Shown in pieces: positions 19,541 through 28,605 of a stretch of 64,000 bases of DNA. Positions within the stretch are counted from its first letter, which is position 1. Each line of letters starts with the position of its first letter. Source of the DNA: a bacterium. GTDB taxonomy: Bacteria; UBA8248; JACPRG01; G963555815. The notes beneath the pieces were generated by a model. The model was not told the origin of the DNA, searched no databases, and saw only the letters and a program-made list of their open reading frames with translations. The stretch covers positions 1 through 64,000 of the forward strand of contig CBDHDG010000001.1 in the NCBI GenBank assembly GCA_965261595.1, written 5' to 3'. The position numbers and the translations under genes were made by a program.

Positions 19541-21022
19541 TCAGCAAGGCCGGCGCAGATACTTGCCGCCGCCCTTTCGGTCCGTGACTTGGCCGTCGTC
19601 GTAGATGACCTCTCCCCGGAGGATGGTCGTGACGGGCCAGCCGGTCACCTCCATGCCTTCATAGATGCTGAAGTCGGCCTTGGAACGGAGCATATCGGCC
19701 TTGATTGTGCGCGTGACATCCATGTCCACGACAACTAGGTCCCCGTCGGATCCTGGTGCGATGACGCCCTTTCTGGGATAAATGGCGCAGGCCCGGGCGG
19801 GGTTTTCACAGCAGACCTCGACCAGGCGCCCCATCGAGATCCGGCCCTTGTTCACCCCCTCGCTCAGCATCAGGGGAAGCAGGAAGTCCCACCCCACCAT
19901 GCCGGAGCCGGTCTCCCAGATGTCTTTCGCCGGATCGCCGTCATGGTCGGAGGTGTCTCCCTTGACAAGCTTCTCATGGAGGCTTGTCACGACATGGTCC
20001 GTCCCCATGATCTCGATGTCCCCGTCCGCCAGACCTGCCCAGAGCCGCTCATGGACCTCCGGATCGCGAAGGGGAGGATTCACCTTGGTGAGAAGGCCCG
20101 GAAACTCCGCGTAGGCCGAAACCAGAAGATACTGGGGACAGGTTTCAACCAGGATGCTGACCCCGTCCTCCTTTTGGCGGATGCACTCCTCCAGCCCCGC
20201 CGAGGTGCTGAGGTGGAGAACGTAATGGGTGGACCCGGTCACCTTGGCGAAATAGCTGTACCGGCTGATGTGCTCCGCTTCCAGCCACTCGGGAATCCGG
20301 TCCGCCCAGGCCCCGGAGTCCGTCCGGCCGGCGGCCTGAAGACGCTCGGTGAAGATTTTGGCGATTTCGACGTTCTCGCTATGGACCGCGACGTGCGTCA
20401 TGGGGCCGAGCTTCCCGGACTCCTCGAACATCAAATAGGCGAGGGTGTCGTCAAAGGGCAGGGGAATCCCGATCCGGGCGGACCACTTCGGGCTCACGGG
20501 GTTGTCGGCGTGGACCTTGAGGTTGCCGTGGTATTTGTACGAGGTGATCCCGAGCTTGTCGTAGTACTGCGGGATCTCTTCGGCGTGCTGCATGGAGTTC
20601 AACGTCGGCGTGAAGAAGAAATCGACGAGGGAGTTTTCCTCGCTGACCTTTTTTCCCAGATCAAAGGCGTCCAGCCAGGAGATGACGTCTTCCGGGCCGG
20701 GAAGCTCTTTGAAGGGCTTCTGACCCATTCGGGGGACGCGAACGATGGCCCCGACCGTCGTGACGCCGCCGGCCGCGGCCCCCGGGGACTCCGTCTTCCA
20801 GTCGTCTCCCAGGTCATACTTCCCGCCGGGGTGGGCGTGAGGGTCGATCACGCCGGGCAGGATATACATTCCCTTCGCGTCGATAACCTTCCGGCCCTCC
20901 GGCAGACCATTCCCCTGCCCTACGGCGACAATTTTCTCCCCGTCGATGGCGACCCCGCCTTCAATTACACCTGAAGGAAGGACGACTTTTCCGTTTTTCA
21001 CCAGAAGGTCCACACCCGCCAT
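19541..21022 (-). CDS. Second cyclic amidohydrolase paralog (dihydropyrimidinase-like)
   Basis: PGVIDPHAH, GGVTT, SYKYH, HSEN, KVNPPLR, GTDH; clearly similar to 15730-17271. Confidence 0.9.
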   Translation of the reverse strand: MAGVDLLVKNGKVVLPSGVIEGGVAIDGEKIVAVGQGNGLPEGRKVIDAKGMYILPGVIDPHAHPGGKYDLGDDWKTESPGAAAGGVTTVGAIVRVPRMGQKPFKELPGPEDVISWLDAFDLGKKVSEENSLVDFFFTPTLNSMQHAEEIPQYYDKLGITSYKYHGNLKVHADNPVSPKWSARIGIPLPFDDTLAYLMFEESGKLGPMTHVAVHSENVEIAKIFTERLQAAGRTDSGAWADRIPEWLEAEHISRYSYFAKVTGSTHYVLHLSTSAGLEECIRQKEDGVSILVETCPQYLLVSAYAEFPGLLTKVNPPLRDPEVHERLWAGLADGDIEIMGTDHVVTSLHEKLVKGDTSDHDGDPAKDIWETGSGMVGWDFLLPLMLSEGVNKGRISMGRLVEVCCENPARACAIYPRKGVIAPGSDGDLVVVDMDVTRTIKADMLRSKADFSIYEGMEVTGWPVTTILRGEVIYDDGQVTDRKGGGKYLRRPC

Positions 21023-21461
21023 GGATGTTTCTCCCACCTCATTGCATATGCGGTCACTCACCGCCTGTGTATCCACCCATTGGATACCTTGTTGCGAATT
21101 CGCGGTTAGGATACATGAACTGACAATGAATAGTTGACTTTTCATCGCGATGGGGCGTCTCTTTCCCCCGCCAGGCCGCCATCTCCCCGCCATGAGGCGA
21201 ACCGGGCCTCGCTTTCGGGGGAGAGTTCAGTCTCGCGCTTCCCCAAAATTCAATTCAGGCTCAAGAAGTCCAAATAAATTCCCGATAAGCAACTATTGAA
21301 TAGGTGATATATCCTAAGCCAATAGCCCATTACCCAGAGGATTTCTTCCTTTGGGAAATATCAGCCGTTAACGCAAGAGGGCAAGGCTCAAAAGTGGACG
21401 CCGCCGCTTTGGAAATCTTTTACGCAGGCCTTCAGGGCCCGGCTCGAAAGGGAACCCGCAC

Positions 21462-21980
21462 ATGAAAGATCAAGAGAATGGGCAGGTCCAAGAGGTGTCT
21501 GAAACCAACGGCTACGGGATGGTGGAACAATCCAATATCGACAACATGTTCACCCGCCTCAAGGACAACTGGGAGCCGGGCAGCAAAAAAAGGGTGATGA
21601 TCGTGGATGATGACCAAGACATGCGCGCCATCGTCCGGACCCACCTCACGATGAACGGGATGGAAGTGTGTGAGGCCATCAACGGCATATTGGCGCTGAA
21701 AACCGTGACGAGGCTGAGACCGGACCTGATATTGCTGGACATCATGATGCCCGACATCGACGGCGTGTCGGTCTGTCGGTACATTAAAGTGAACGTGAAC
21801 ATCGTCCAGCCTCCGATCGTGATCATGATGACCGGCCTGAACGATCGGGACCACATCGGGATGGATTCCATCAAAGCGGGCGCCGACGAGTACCTGGTCA
21901 AGCCCTTCAGCGGCGACATCCTGGTCACGAAAGTTGAAGAAGCCCTGAAAAACCGGATCAACAAGCCGAGCTATCGATAA
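21462..21980 (+). CDS. Stand-alone response regulator receiver protein
   Basis: IVDDD, LLDIMMPDIDG, MTG, GADEYLVKPF. Confidence 0.88.
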   Translation: MKDQENGQVQEVSETNGYGMVEQSNIDNMFTRLKDNWEPGSKKRVMIVDDDQDMRAIVRTHLTMNGMEVCEAINGILALKTVTRLRPDLILLDIMMPDIDGVSVCRYIKVNVNIVQPPIVIMMTGLNDRDHIGMDSIKAGADEYLVKPFSGDILVTKVEEALKNRINKPSYR

Positions 21981-22315
21981 CGCCTTCCGAGCCGGCGGGG
22001 TGTCCGGATCGGCCCGAAGGTCCGGGTTCCGGCGATACCGCACCCAAACATCTTTTATTGAAAAGGGAGAACGCAGGAAAACGCGACGATGGGGGAGGGG
22101 GGGGGAGAATTCGATCCATGAACAAATAGGTGTCACACCCTACCGATCCTCGGAAAACCTCCCCTCGAAACCAATGAAAAGCCAACGGAAGAATGAAGTG
22201 GAATTCAGCCGGTCTCAAAAAAGCGGGAACAGGCTAAATTCATCCGCCCTTTTGAATCTCAGCGGCGAACCTTTCTCCGCCAATGGGAATCAATCATGCC
22301 GCATGAAATAAAAAC

Positions 22316-23647
22316 TCATTTGGGGGCGAAATATTCTTTCGTCCCGAGGGATTCGATGGCCTCTCCGAGCCGCCGGAGGGCGAGGATGTAAGCGGCGGTC
22401 CGGTTGTCCAGGTCGGCGTCGGCGGCGACGGCCTCGACCTTGCGGTACTCGCCCACCATGCGCTCGCGAAGCCTCTGGTGAACCTCTTCAAGACTCCAAT
22501 AAAGCCCCGTCCGGTTCTGGACCCACTCGAAGTAGCTCACCGTCACCCCGCCCGCGTTGGCCAGAATATCGGGGAACACCGTCACACCCCGGGACTTGAG
22601 AATGGGATCCGCCTCGGGGATGATGGGACCGTTGGCCAACTCGAGGATGTACTGGGCCTTGATCCGCCCGGCATTCTTCGTGGTGATGACGCTTTCCAAC
22701 GCGGCCGGGATGAGGATGTCCACGTCCAACTCCAGCAACTCCTCGTTGGTGATTTCCCGATGGCTCACCTCGATCAACCGATCTCCCTGACGCTTCACCG
22801 GCCCAACCACCCCTTCGGCGGCCTTGTGCGCCTGCACCGCCTCCGGTTCGATTCCCCCCTCGCAGTAGAAGGCCCGGCGGGAATCGCTCACCGCTACGAC
22901 GCGGTACCCGTCGGCGTTGAGAATGCGGGCGATGTGGTATCCGGCGTTCCCGTATCCCTGGATGGCGACGGTTGTCTGCTCGGGTTTCAAGCCCTTTCGT
23001 TCCGCAAGGTCCTGGAGGATCTCGTAACCGCCCCGGGCCGTGGCGTCTTCCCGGCCCAGGCTCCCGCCCAGGGCCACGGGCTTTCCCGTGATGACGCTGG
23101 GGGTGTTGTGCCCCTTCATCCGGTTATATTCCCTCGACATCCAGGCCATGATGGTCGGATTGGTGTAGACATCCGGCGCGGGGATATCGATCTCCGGGCC
23201 GATAAAGTCCACAATGGCCCGCATGTATCCCCTGGACAAGCGCTCCAGCTCCATTCGCGAAAGAGCCTTGGGGTCCACGGCCACGCCGCCCTTGCCCCCT
23301 CCGAAGGGCAGGTTCAGCAAAGCGCACTTGAAGGTCATCCAGAAAGCAAGGGTGGTGACTTCGTCCAAATCGACGGCGGGGTGGAAGCGGATCCCCCCCT
23401 TGGCCGGTCCGCGGACGGTGCTGTGGCGTACACGATACCCCGGGAAGATCTTCAAAGAGCCGTCGTCCATCCTCACCCGGATGGACACCATGAGAGAGGC
23501 CTCGGGGTGAAGGAGAATCTCGGGAACCCCATCTGAGAACGCTACGTAGTTCAGTGCGTTTTCAAGCCGTTGGACCGCGCCATCGAAGATGTTGGGTGTT
23601 CCGGCCGAAACGCCTTCTGCAGCGAAATTCGTCGATTTCATCAACAC
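22316..23647 (-). CDS. gdhA: Glu/Leu/Phe/Val dehydrogenase (glutamate dehydrogenase)
   Basis: GPAKGGIRFHP, PFGGGKGG, DIPAPD, TGKP..GGS.GR, QGYGNAG, NAGGVTVSYFEW. Confidence 0.93.
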   Translation of the reverse strand: MLMKSTNFAAEGVSAGTPNIFDGAVQRLENALNYVAFSDGVPEILLHPEASLMVSIRVRMDDGSLKIFPGYRVRHSTVRGPAKGGIRFHPAVDLDEVTTLAFWMTFKCALLNLPFGGGKGGVAVDPKALSRMELERLSRGYMRAIVDFIGPEIDIPAPDVYTNPTIMAWMSREYNRMKGHNTPSVITGKPVALGGSLGREDATARGGYEILQDLAERKGLKPEQTTVAIQGYGNAGYHIARILNADGYRVVAVSDSRRAFYCEGGIEPEAVQAHKAAEGVVGPVKRQGDRLIEVSHREITNEELLELDVDILIPAALESVITTKNAGRIKAQYILELANGPIIPEADPILKSRGVTVFPDILANAGGVTVSYFEWVQNRTGLYWSLEEVHQRLRERMVGEYRKVEAVAADADLDNRTAAYILALRRLGEAIESLGTKEYFAPK

Positions 23648-24192
23648 ATTGCCTCCCTGGAGAAATTTTCAACGAGCGTTCCACCCAATAACACGGCCGA
23701 ATCCATGGTCCGGATCGGCTCCGGATCACCCCTTCGCTGAACGCCTGTCCGCCGCGGGCCGAGGGCGCGCGCCGGAGACCTCGAAGAAAACCCGCTCGCC
23801 TGAGGGGCGCCCATTTTAAATTGGGGACGAGGCTCCGCCGCCTGGCTCCTTACCGCAACCGGACAAGACTCCGTTTCTACGGTTCTGAAATCCGTCGCGG
23901 GTCGCGCCGGATTCATTCATCGAGCGAATAGCGGGGCGTGACGAGGGCCGCGCGGGAAAGCCCGCCGGACGCACAGGGTGAAGTTGACCCGTGAACAAAC
24001 CGGCGGTCGACTCGCCCGACACGACCGCGCTCACCCTACCACACGGCGGGATGGGCCTCAATCAATTGGGGGACGGGGGGAGAAGTCATTTGCGACTTCA
24101 AGGCCGCATCGAGTATGATTCTCTTTCGCATAACCATCGCGCGATTCCAGAAACCGGGCGGCGGCAAAACGGCATACGCGGGAGACGCAGAG

Positions 24193-24696
24193 TTGAAAGA
24201 GAGCAGCGCGGATCTGATCATTCGAGGGCTGAAAGAGGCGGGGGTGAGCGTCATTTGCGCCCTGCCCGAGTCCCACCTGAAACCCGTTTACGTCAAGGCG
24301 CTGGAGGACCCCGACTTCCGCTACATCCCCGTCACCAACGAGGGGGAGGGAACCTCCATCGCGGCGGGGGTCTGGTTGACCGGCCAGAAGGCCGTCATGA
24401 TCATGGAGAACTCGGGACTGCGCATGGCCACCGAATCCCTCTCCCGCTTGGGCCTGACCCATGGAATCCCCGTCGTCCTCCTCATGAGCTACCGCGGCGA
24501 CCTGGGAGAGCCCAACTGGTGGGGAATCCCCCACGGGATCACCATGGAGCCCCTTTTGAACGCACTTCGCATCCCCTACGTGGTGGTCCGGAAGGATGAA
24601 GACATCGTCAAGGCCATCACCAACGCGCGGCGTTCCGCGGACACCTCCAAATACCACACGGCCGTCGTCTTCAGCGGAGAGGTGATCGAGAATTGA
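24193..24696 (+). CDS. Sulfopyruvate/phosphonopyruvate decarboxylase alpha subunit-like (ComD-like)
   Basis: TTG start after GGAG; NEGEG..IAAG..L.G, MENSG, SYRGDLGE. Confidence 0.8.
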   Translation: MKESSADLIIRGLKEAGVSVICALPESHLKPVYVKALEDPDFRYIPVTNEGEGTSIAAGVWLTGQKAVMIMENSGLRMATESLSRLGLTHGIPVVLLMSYRGDLGEPNWWGIPHGITMEPLLNALRIPYVVVRKDEDIVKAITNARRSADTSKYHTAVVFSGEVIEN

Positions 24697-25298
24697 CCCG
24701 ATACCAAGCCCTGAAAGTCATCGCCGAGAAGATGAAAGAGGAGGTCTGTATCGTCTCGCTTGGGGGCATCGTGGACGAGTGGCACCACATCCGCCCCGAG
24801 CCCCGCGGCAACAGCCTGTTCCTGATGAGTCTGGGATGCCACATGCCCGTGGCGTTCGGCGTGGCCGTGGGCCTGCCTGAGCGCAACATCGTATGCCTGG
24901 AGACGGACGGCAGCGCCCTGATGAACCTCGGGATCTTCGCCACCCTGGGCAACCAACAGCCCGAGAACCTCAAGATCTTCTGTTTCGACAATGAAATCTA
25001 TGAATGCATCGGCGGTCCGCCGACGCACACCTCGGGGGGCGTCGACCTGGCCGACATGGCCCGCGGCGCCGGAATCACCGAGGCCCGGACGGTGCGCACC
25101 GAGGGCGAGCTTCGGGAAGCGGCGGATGAGGCGCTGTCCGACAAGCGGCTCCACTTCGTCGTCGCCAAGATCGAACCGGGGGTCGAAGAAGGGCTTCCCC
25201 GAAAAAAATTCGACGGACTCGAGGACAAGTATCACTTCGTCCGCTATCTGGAGGACTCCGAGGGCATCACCATCATCCCCCCGAGCCAGCACAACTGA
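24693..25298 (+). CDS. Sulfopyruvate decarboxylase beta subunit-like, TPP-binding (ComE-like)
   Basis: TDGSALMNLG...DN TPP motif; overlaps the alpha subunit stop. Confidence 0.8.
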   Translation: MTRYQALKVIAEKMKEEVCIVSLGGIVDEWHHIRPEPRGNSLFLMSLGCHMPVAFGVAVGLPERNIVCLETDGSALMNLGIFATLGNQQPENLKIFCFDNEIYECIGGPPTHTSGGVDLADMARGAGITEARTVRTEGELREAADEALSDKRLHFVVAKIEPGVEEGLPRKKFDGLEDKYHFVRYLEDSEGITIIPPSQHN

Positions 25299-25433
25299 AG
25301 GAAGCGGCGGCCGGGCCTGACCGGAGATGAAAAACCACCCGGCCGGGAATATTCTTCAGGGACGAACATTGGAAAAGTGAGGGCGGGACACAGCCTCAAA
25401 CCGGGTTTTCTATCGCGTGAAGGAGCCTAATCC

Positions 25434-25931
25434 ATGGCCAGATCCGAATCCAAGCCGCTCGACACCGGAGACACGTTTCCAAACCTTTCCTGGAACCTCC
25501 CCGACGGCGGGACGATCAACGTTCCCGGCGACATGGGGGACGGCTGGAAGGTCGTCCTGATTTTTCGCGGCTATTTCTGACCGTACTGCAAGGCGCAGTT
25601 AGCCGCCTACGCACGGGCCTCGGACAAGTTGAAGGAAGAAGGCATCAGCGTCGTGGCCGCTTCCAGCGACACGATCGAGAACACCCAAAAGATCGCGAGC
25701 GAGTGGGACTTGAACTTCCCGGTCGCGCACGGCCTCGACCCGGCGAAGGTCTCCGACCAGCTGGGGGCGTTCTACGAGCCCGACCGCAACATCGTCCATA
25801 CGACGAATTACGTCATCCGCCCGGACGGCAAGATTGCGGTGGCGGTCTACAGCACCAGCGCCATCGGCCGGCTGATCTGGCAGGACGTCACGGCGCTCAC
25901 CCAATACATGAAGAAGATGATGGCGAAGTAA
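25434..25931 (+). CDS. Peroxiredoxin-like (AhpC/TSA) selenoprotein, UxxC motif
   Basis: ATG 25434 after AAGGAG; in-frame TGA 25578-25580 in FRGYF-U-PYC, matching the family RGxWCPYC motif; hairpin downstream. Confidence 0.88.
25581..25616 (+). promoter_or_regulatory. Putative bacterial SECIS element
   Basis: Hairpin CCG..TGC.AGGCG-cagttagc-CGCCT..GCA.CGG directly 3' of the UGA. Confidence 0.6.
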
Positions 25932-25954
25932 TTCCGGGAACGAACGAAGCGGGG

Positions 25955-25993
25955 ACGGGCACCCTCCAGCCGGGGGGCGCCCGTTTTTCTTTT
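25955..25993 (+). terminator. Intrinsic terminator between the convergent selenoprotein genes
   Basis: ACGGGCACCCTCC-agcc-GGGGGGCGCCCGT stem followed by TTTTCTTTT. Confidence 0.65.
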
Positions 25994-26014
25994 CCGAGAC
26001 GCGGCCTCCCGACA

Positions 26015-26572
26015 TCAATCCGCCGCCGGGGGGGGCAAGGGGTAAAGTCCATTGGACTCGACGCGGAAGCTCACGTTGAACTTGCTCCGGAAATTCTCCA
26101 TCGCAATCCCGGCCGTCAACTGAACCAGCGCCGGCTCATCGAACACCTCCTCCAAACGGCGATAAAACTCATCCGTTACGTCCTGCGCGGAATCCGTCAT
26201 CCGCTCCGCGTACTCCAAGGCCAATTTTTCTTTGGGGGCGAACACATCCGACGTGCGCCATTCCGCCACGGCGGCCATCTTCGCGGCGCCTTGCCCGTTT
26301 TTCACTCCACGGAGCGAGTTGATGTCCACTCAGAACGGGCATCCGTTGATCTGCGCCGTCCGGACGCTCGCCATCGCCAGGATCTCGGGCCCGACGTGGG
26401 GCGCGTCCTGGATCGCGTCAGCCAGGGCGGTCGCGGCGAACATGATGGAGGGCACGTGGGCGTAAACCCGCGTGGTGTTGAGATGAAAACCGAACGCCTC
26501 CATCTGCCCGTCAAACACCTCCCGCACTTCGGGCGGTGCCTGCTCAGGCGAAATACCCGTCATCCTCGGCAT
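26015..26572 (-). CDS. AhpD/carboxymuconolactone decarboxylase family selenoprotein, CxxU motif
   Basis: ORFs 26330-26620 and 26015-26329 are contiguous in frame, giving QINGCPF-U-VDIN; start ATG 26572 with a purine-rich RBS (AGGAG) upstream. Confidence 0.88.
26302..26317 (-). promoter_or_regulatory. Putative SECIS hairpin of the AhpD-like gene
   Basis: TCGCTC-cgtg-GAGTGA hairpin starting 12 nt after the UGA. Confidence 0.5.
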
Positions 26573-26634
26573 TGGCTGTCTCCTCCGGCTTGGCATGGAA
26601 CAAAAGGCGGAACTTCCCAATCTCTGAAGGGGGG

Positions 26635-27492
26635 CTATCTCCCCGGCTTCCTCTGACGCTTCCGAACCATTGCGCCGACCTCCGGCGTCGAGAGAAACCC
26701 TTCGACGTTTCGCTGCGTCCCTTCCGCCTTCAGGGCGCGCGCGAATCGCTCGACCGCCCCGGCGGCGATCCGGATGGAATCGGTCCCGAGGCTCGTCCGT
26801 CCGACGCCCAAATCCTGAAGCTCCTGAACCGTGAGACCGTCCGAATAACAGGTGACGGAAATCGGGGCCTGGATTTCCCGGACCAGGGTCTCGACGGATT
26901 CGGCGGGCAGCTTGCCAAACACGAAGACCAGGTCCGCCCCCTTTTCAGCAAAGGCATTCCCCCGGTCGACAGCCTCCGCGACGCCCCTTTGGGGATCGTC
27001 CGCATAGGCCATCACAGCGTCCGTGCGCGCGTTCAGGACAAACGCCGATCCACAATCCCGTTTCGCCTCCAGAAAGGCGTCGATCTTCTCCAGCATCTCA
27101 TCGAGCTCGATGATCTCCCATCCCGCCTCGCCCGGCCGGACCAATCTGTCCTCCAGGTTCATACCGACCGCGCCGACCTGGATCAACTCACAGGCGGTGC
27201 GGTAGACATTGGCCGGAAGTCCGAACCCATCCTCCGCGTCCGCGTTCACCGGGACATCCACGGCCCGAACCATGTGTCGGACCGCATCCAGACTCTCCGA
27301 AAAGCTCATGATCCCGCCGTCGGGCAGTCCGTAGGCGGCGGCGACCCCCCAGCTGGAGTGCTGAACGGCTTCAAACCCCTCCGCCTCGAGGATTATCGCC
27401 GTGAGGGCGTCGTGCGCGCCGGGCATCACCAGGAGCTCGGGATCCCGAATGAGCGCACGGAAACGTTCACATTTTGCGTTGGGGTCGGACAT
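26635..27492 (-). CDS. Isocitrate lyase / PEP mutase family protein
   Basis: PGAHD, SS.GVA...GLPDG, VNADAEDGFG, GMNLED, NARTD, GADLVFV. Confidence 0.88.
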   Translation of the reverse strand: MSDPNAKCERFRALIRDPELLVMPGAHDALTAIILEAEGFEAVQHSSWGVAAAYGLPDGGIMSFSESLDAVRHMVRAVDVPVNADAEDGFGLPANVYRTACELIQVGAVGMNLEDRLVRPGEAGWEIIELDEMLEKIDAFLEAKRDCGSAFVLNARTDAVMAYADDPQRGVAEAVDRGNAFAEKGADLVFVFGKLPAESVETLVREIQAPISVTCYSDGLTVQELQDLGVGRTSLGTDSIRIAAGAVERFARALKAEGTQRNVEGFLSTPEVGAMVRKRQRKPGR

Positions 27493-27687
27493 CTCACACC
27501 TCTCCTTCGCGCGAAGGGTTCAAAGCAAGCGCCGGACATAGACTTCGGAACGGGCCTATACGCTGAGATCAGGTTATACAACCGACCCGAATCGCGTGCC
27601 GGGCAATTTTCAAGAGGGCAGGATGCCGTGGAATTCTTTGATCCCGCCCTCCCGGCCGAGGAGGCGCCTCAGGACGCTTCGCTCGAT

Positions 27688-27866
27688 TCATCCACTTTCA
27701 AGTGAGAACTGAGCGTCCTGAAATCAGTGATCGATCCGGTTCATTTCTCCATAGAAATTTTCCACGAAAATTGTGGATTTGCTGTGGAAAACCCAGGCGG
27801 AAAACGTCGCGGACGCCTGATTTCCCTAATGGGACAACCAAAATGCCTAATTTTGAGTCATCCACA
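27688..27866. promoter_or_regulatory. Cluster of DnaA-box-like 9-mers
   Basis: TCATCCACT 27688, TTTTCCACG 27758, rc AAATCCACA 27772, rc TTTTCCACA 27783, TCATCCACA 27858 in an AT-richer intergenic stretch. Confidence 0.55.
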
Positions 27867-27928
27867 AAAATTCGCCCGGAAGGAAGCGATCCCGGCCGGG
27901 CGCCCGGTCCGCGCCTTCGAAATCTGCC

Positions 27929-28540
27929 TTAGGACCATCGCCGTTGACGGCCTCCCAGCCCATATAGGGTGATTGCCGTATCGCCGAATCGACGGGTCTC
28001 CGTTAATTCCACCGGCGCCGATTCCGGCGGGGTGGATCGGGCATCGTGTTCCAGGACGGCGACCCCGTCCGGATCGAGCAGCCGGGCGGCCTCTTCCAGC
28101 GCCTCCGCGCCCAGCGTCGAGGCGTAGGGCGGATCCAGGTAAATGATATCGAACGTCCTCTCCTCCCGCCGAAGCCCGGCAAGCGAGGTCAGCGCGTCGC
28201 CGGGCAAAACCTCCCACCGGTCGGGCTCGAAGCCGGGCTCCTCCAGATTTCGCTGAATGATGCGGAGCGCCTGCCGGTCCCGCTCCAGGAGGACGGTGGA
28301 TGAAGCGCCCCGGCTCAAGGCCTCGGCGGCGACCGCGCCGGTCCCCGAGAAAACGTCCAGAAACCGCGCCCCTTGAATCGCTTCGCCCAGGATGTCGAAA
28401 ACGGCCTCCCTCACCCGGTCCGCCGTCGGACGAATGTCGCCCTCCCCGGATCGAGGACCTTCGGATTCGCGACCCTTGGGCCGGCGGCTCTTCGGGGCGG
28501 CCAATCGCCTTCCCTTGGCGGTCCCGGCGATAATTCGCAA
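27929..28540 (-). CDS. rsmD: 16S rRNA m2G966 methyltransferase
   Basis: RIIAG..KGRRL, RPT.DRVREA.F, LDVFSGTGA, EALSRGA, DPPY. Confidence 0.92.
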   Translation of the reverse strand: MRIIAGTAKGRRLAAPKSRRPKGRESEGPRSGEGDIRPTADRVREAVFDILGEAIQGARFLDVFSGTGAVAAEALSRGASSTVLLERDRQALRIIQRNLEEPGFEPDRWEVLPGDALTSLAGLRREERTFDIIYLDPPYASTLGAEALEEAARLLDPDGVAVLEHDARSTPPESAPVELTETRRFGDTAITLYGLGGRQRRWS

Positions 28541-28605
28541 GGTCGTCTCCGGGTCTTCCGGGCCTTGAGGCTCGCGCGTCCGCTTGGACCTGAAGGTCCG
28601 ACGCC

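Noticed and set aside
23820..23870. SRP (4.5S) RNA candidate upstream of gdhA
   Set aside because: Only a loose resemblance; the conserved CAGG..GGAA..AGCA core is absent.
24193..27492. PepM plus Ppd phosphonate biosynthesis cluster
   Set aside because: The ICL/PEPM protein lacks the PepM EDKxxxxxNS motif and no other phosphonate genes are present.
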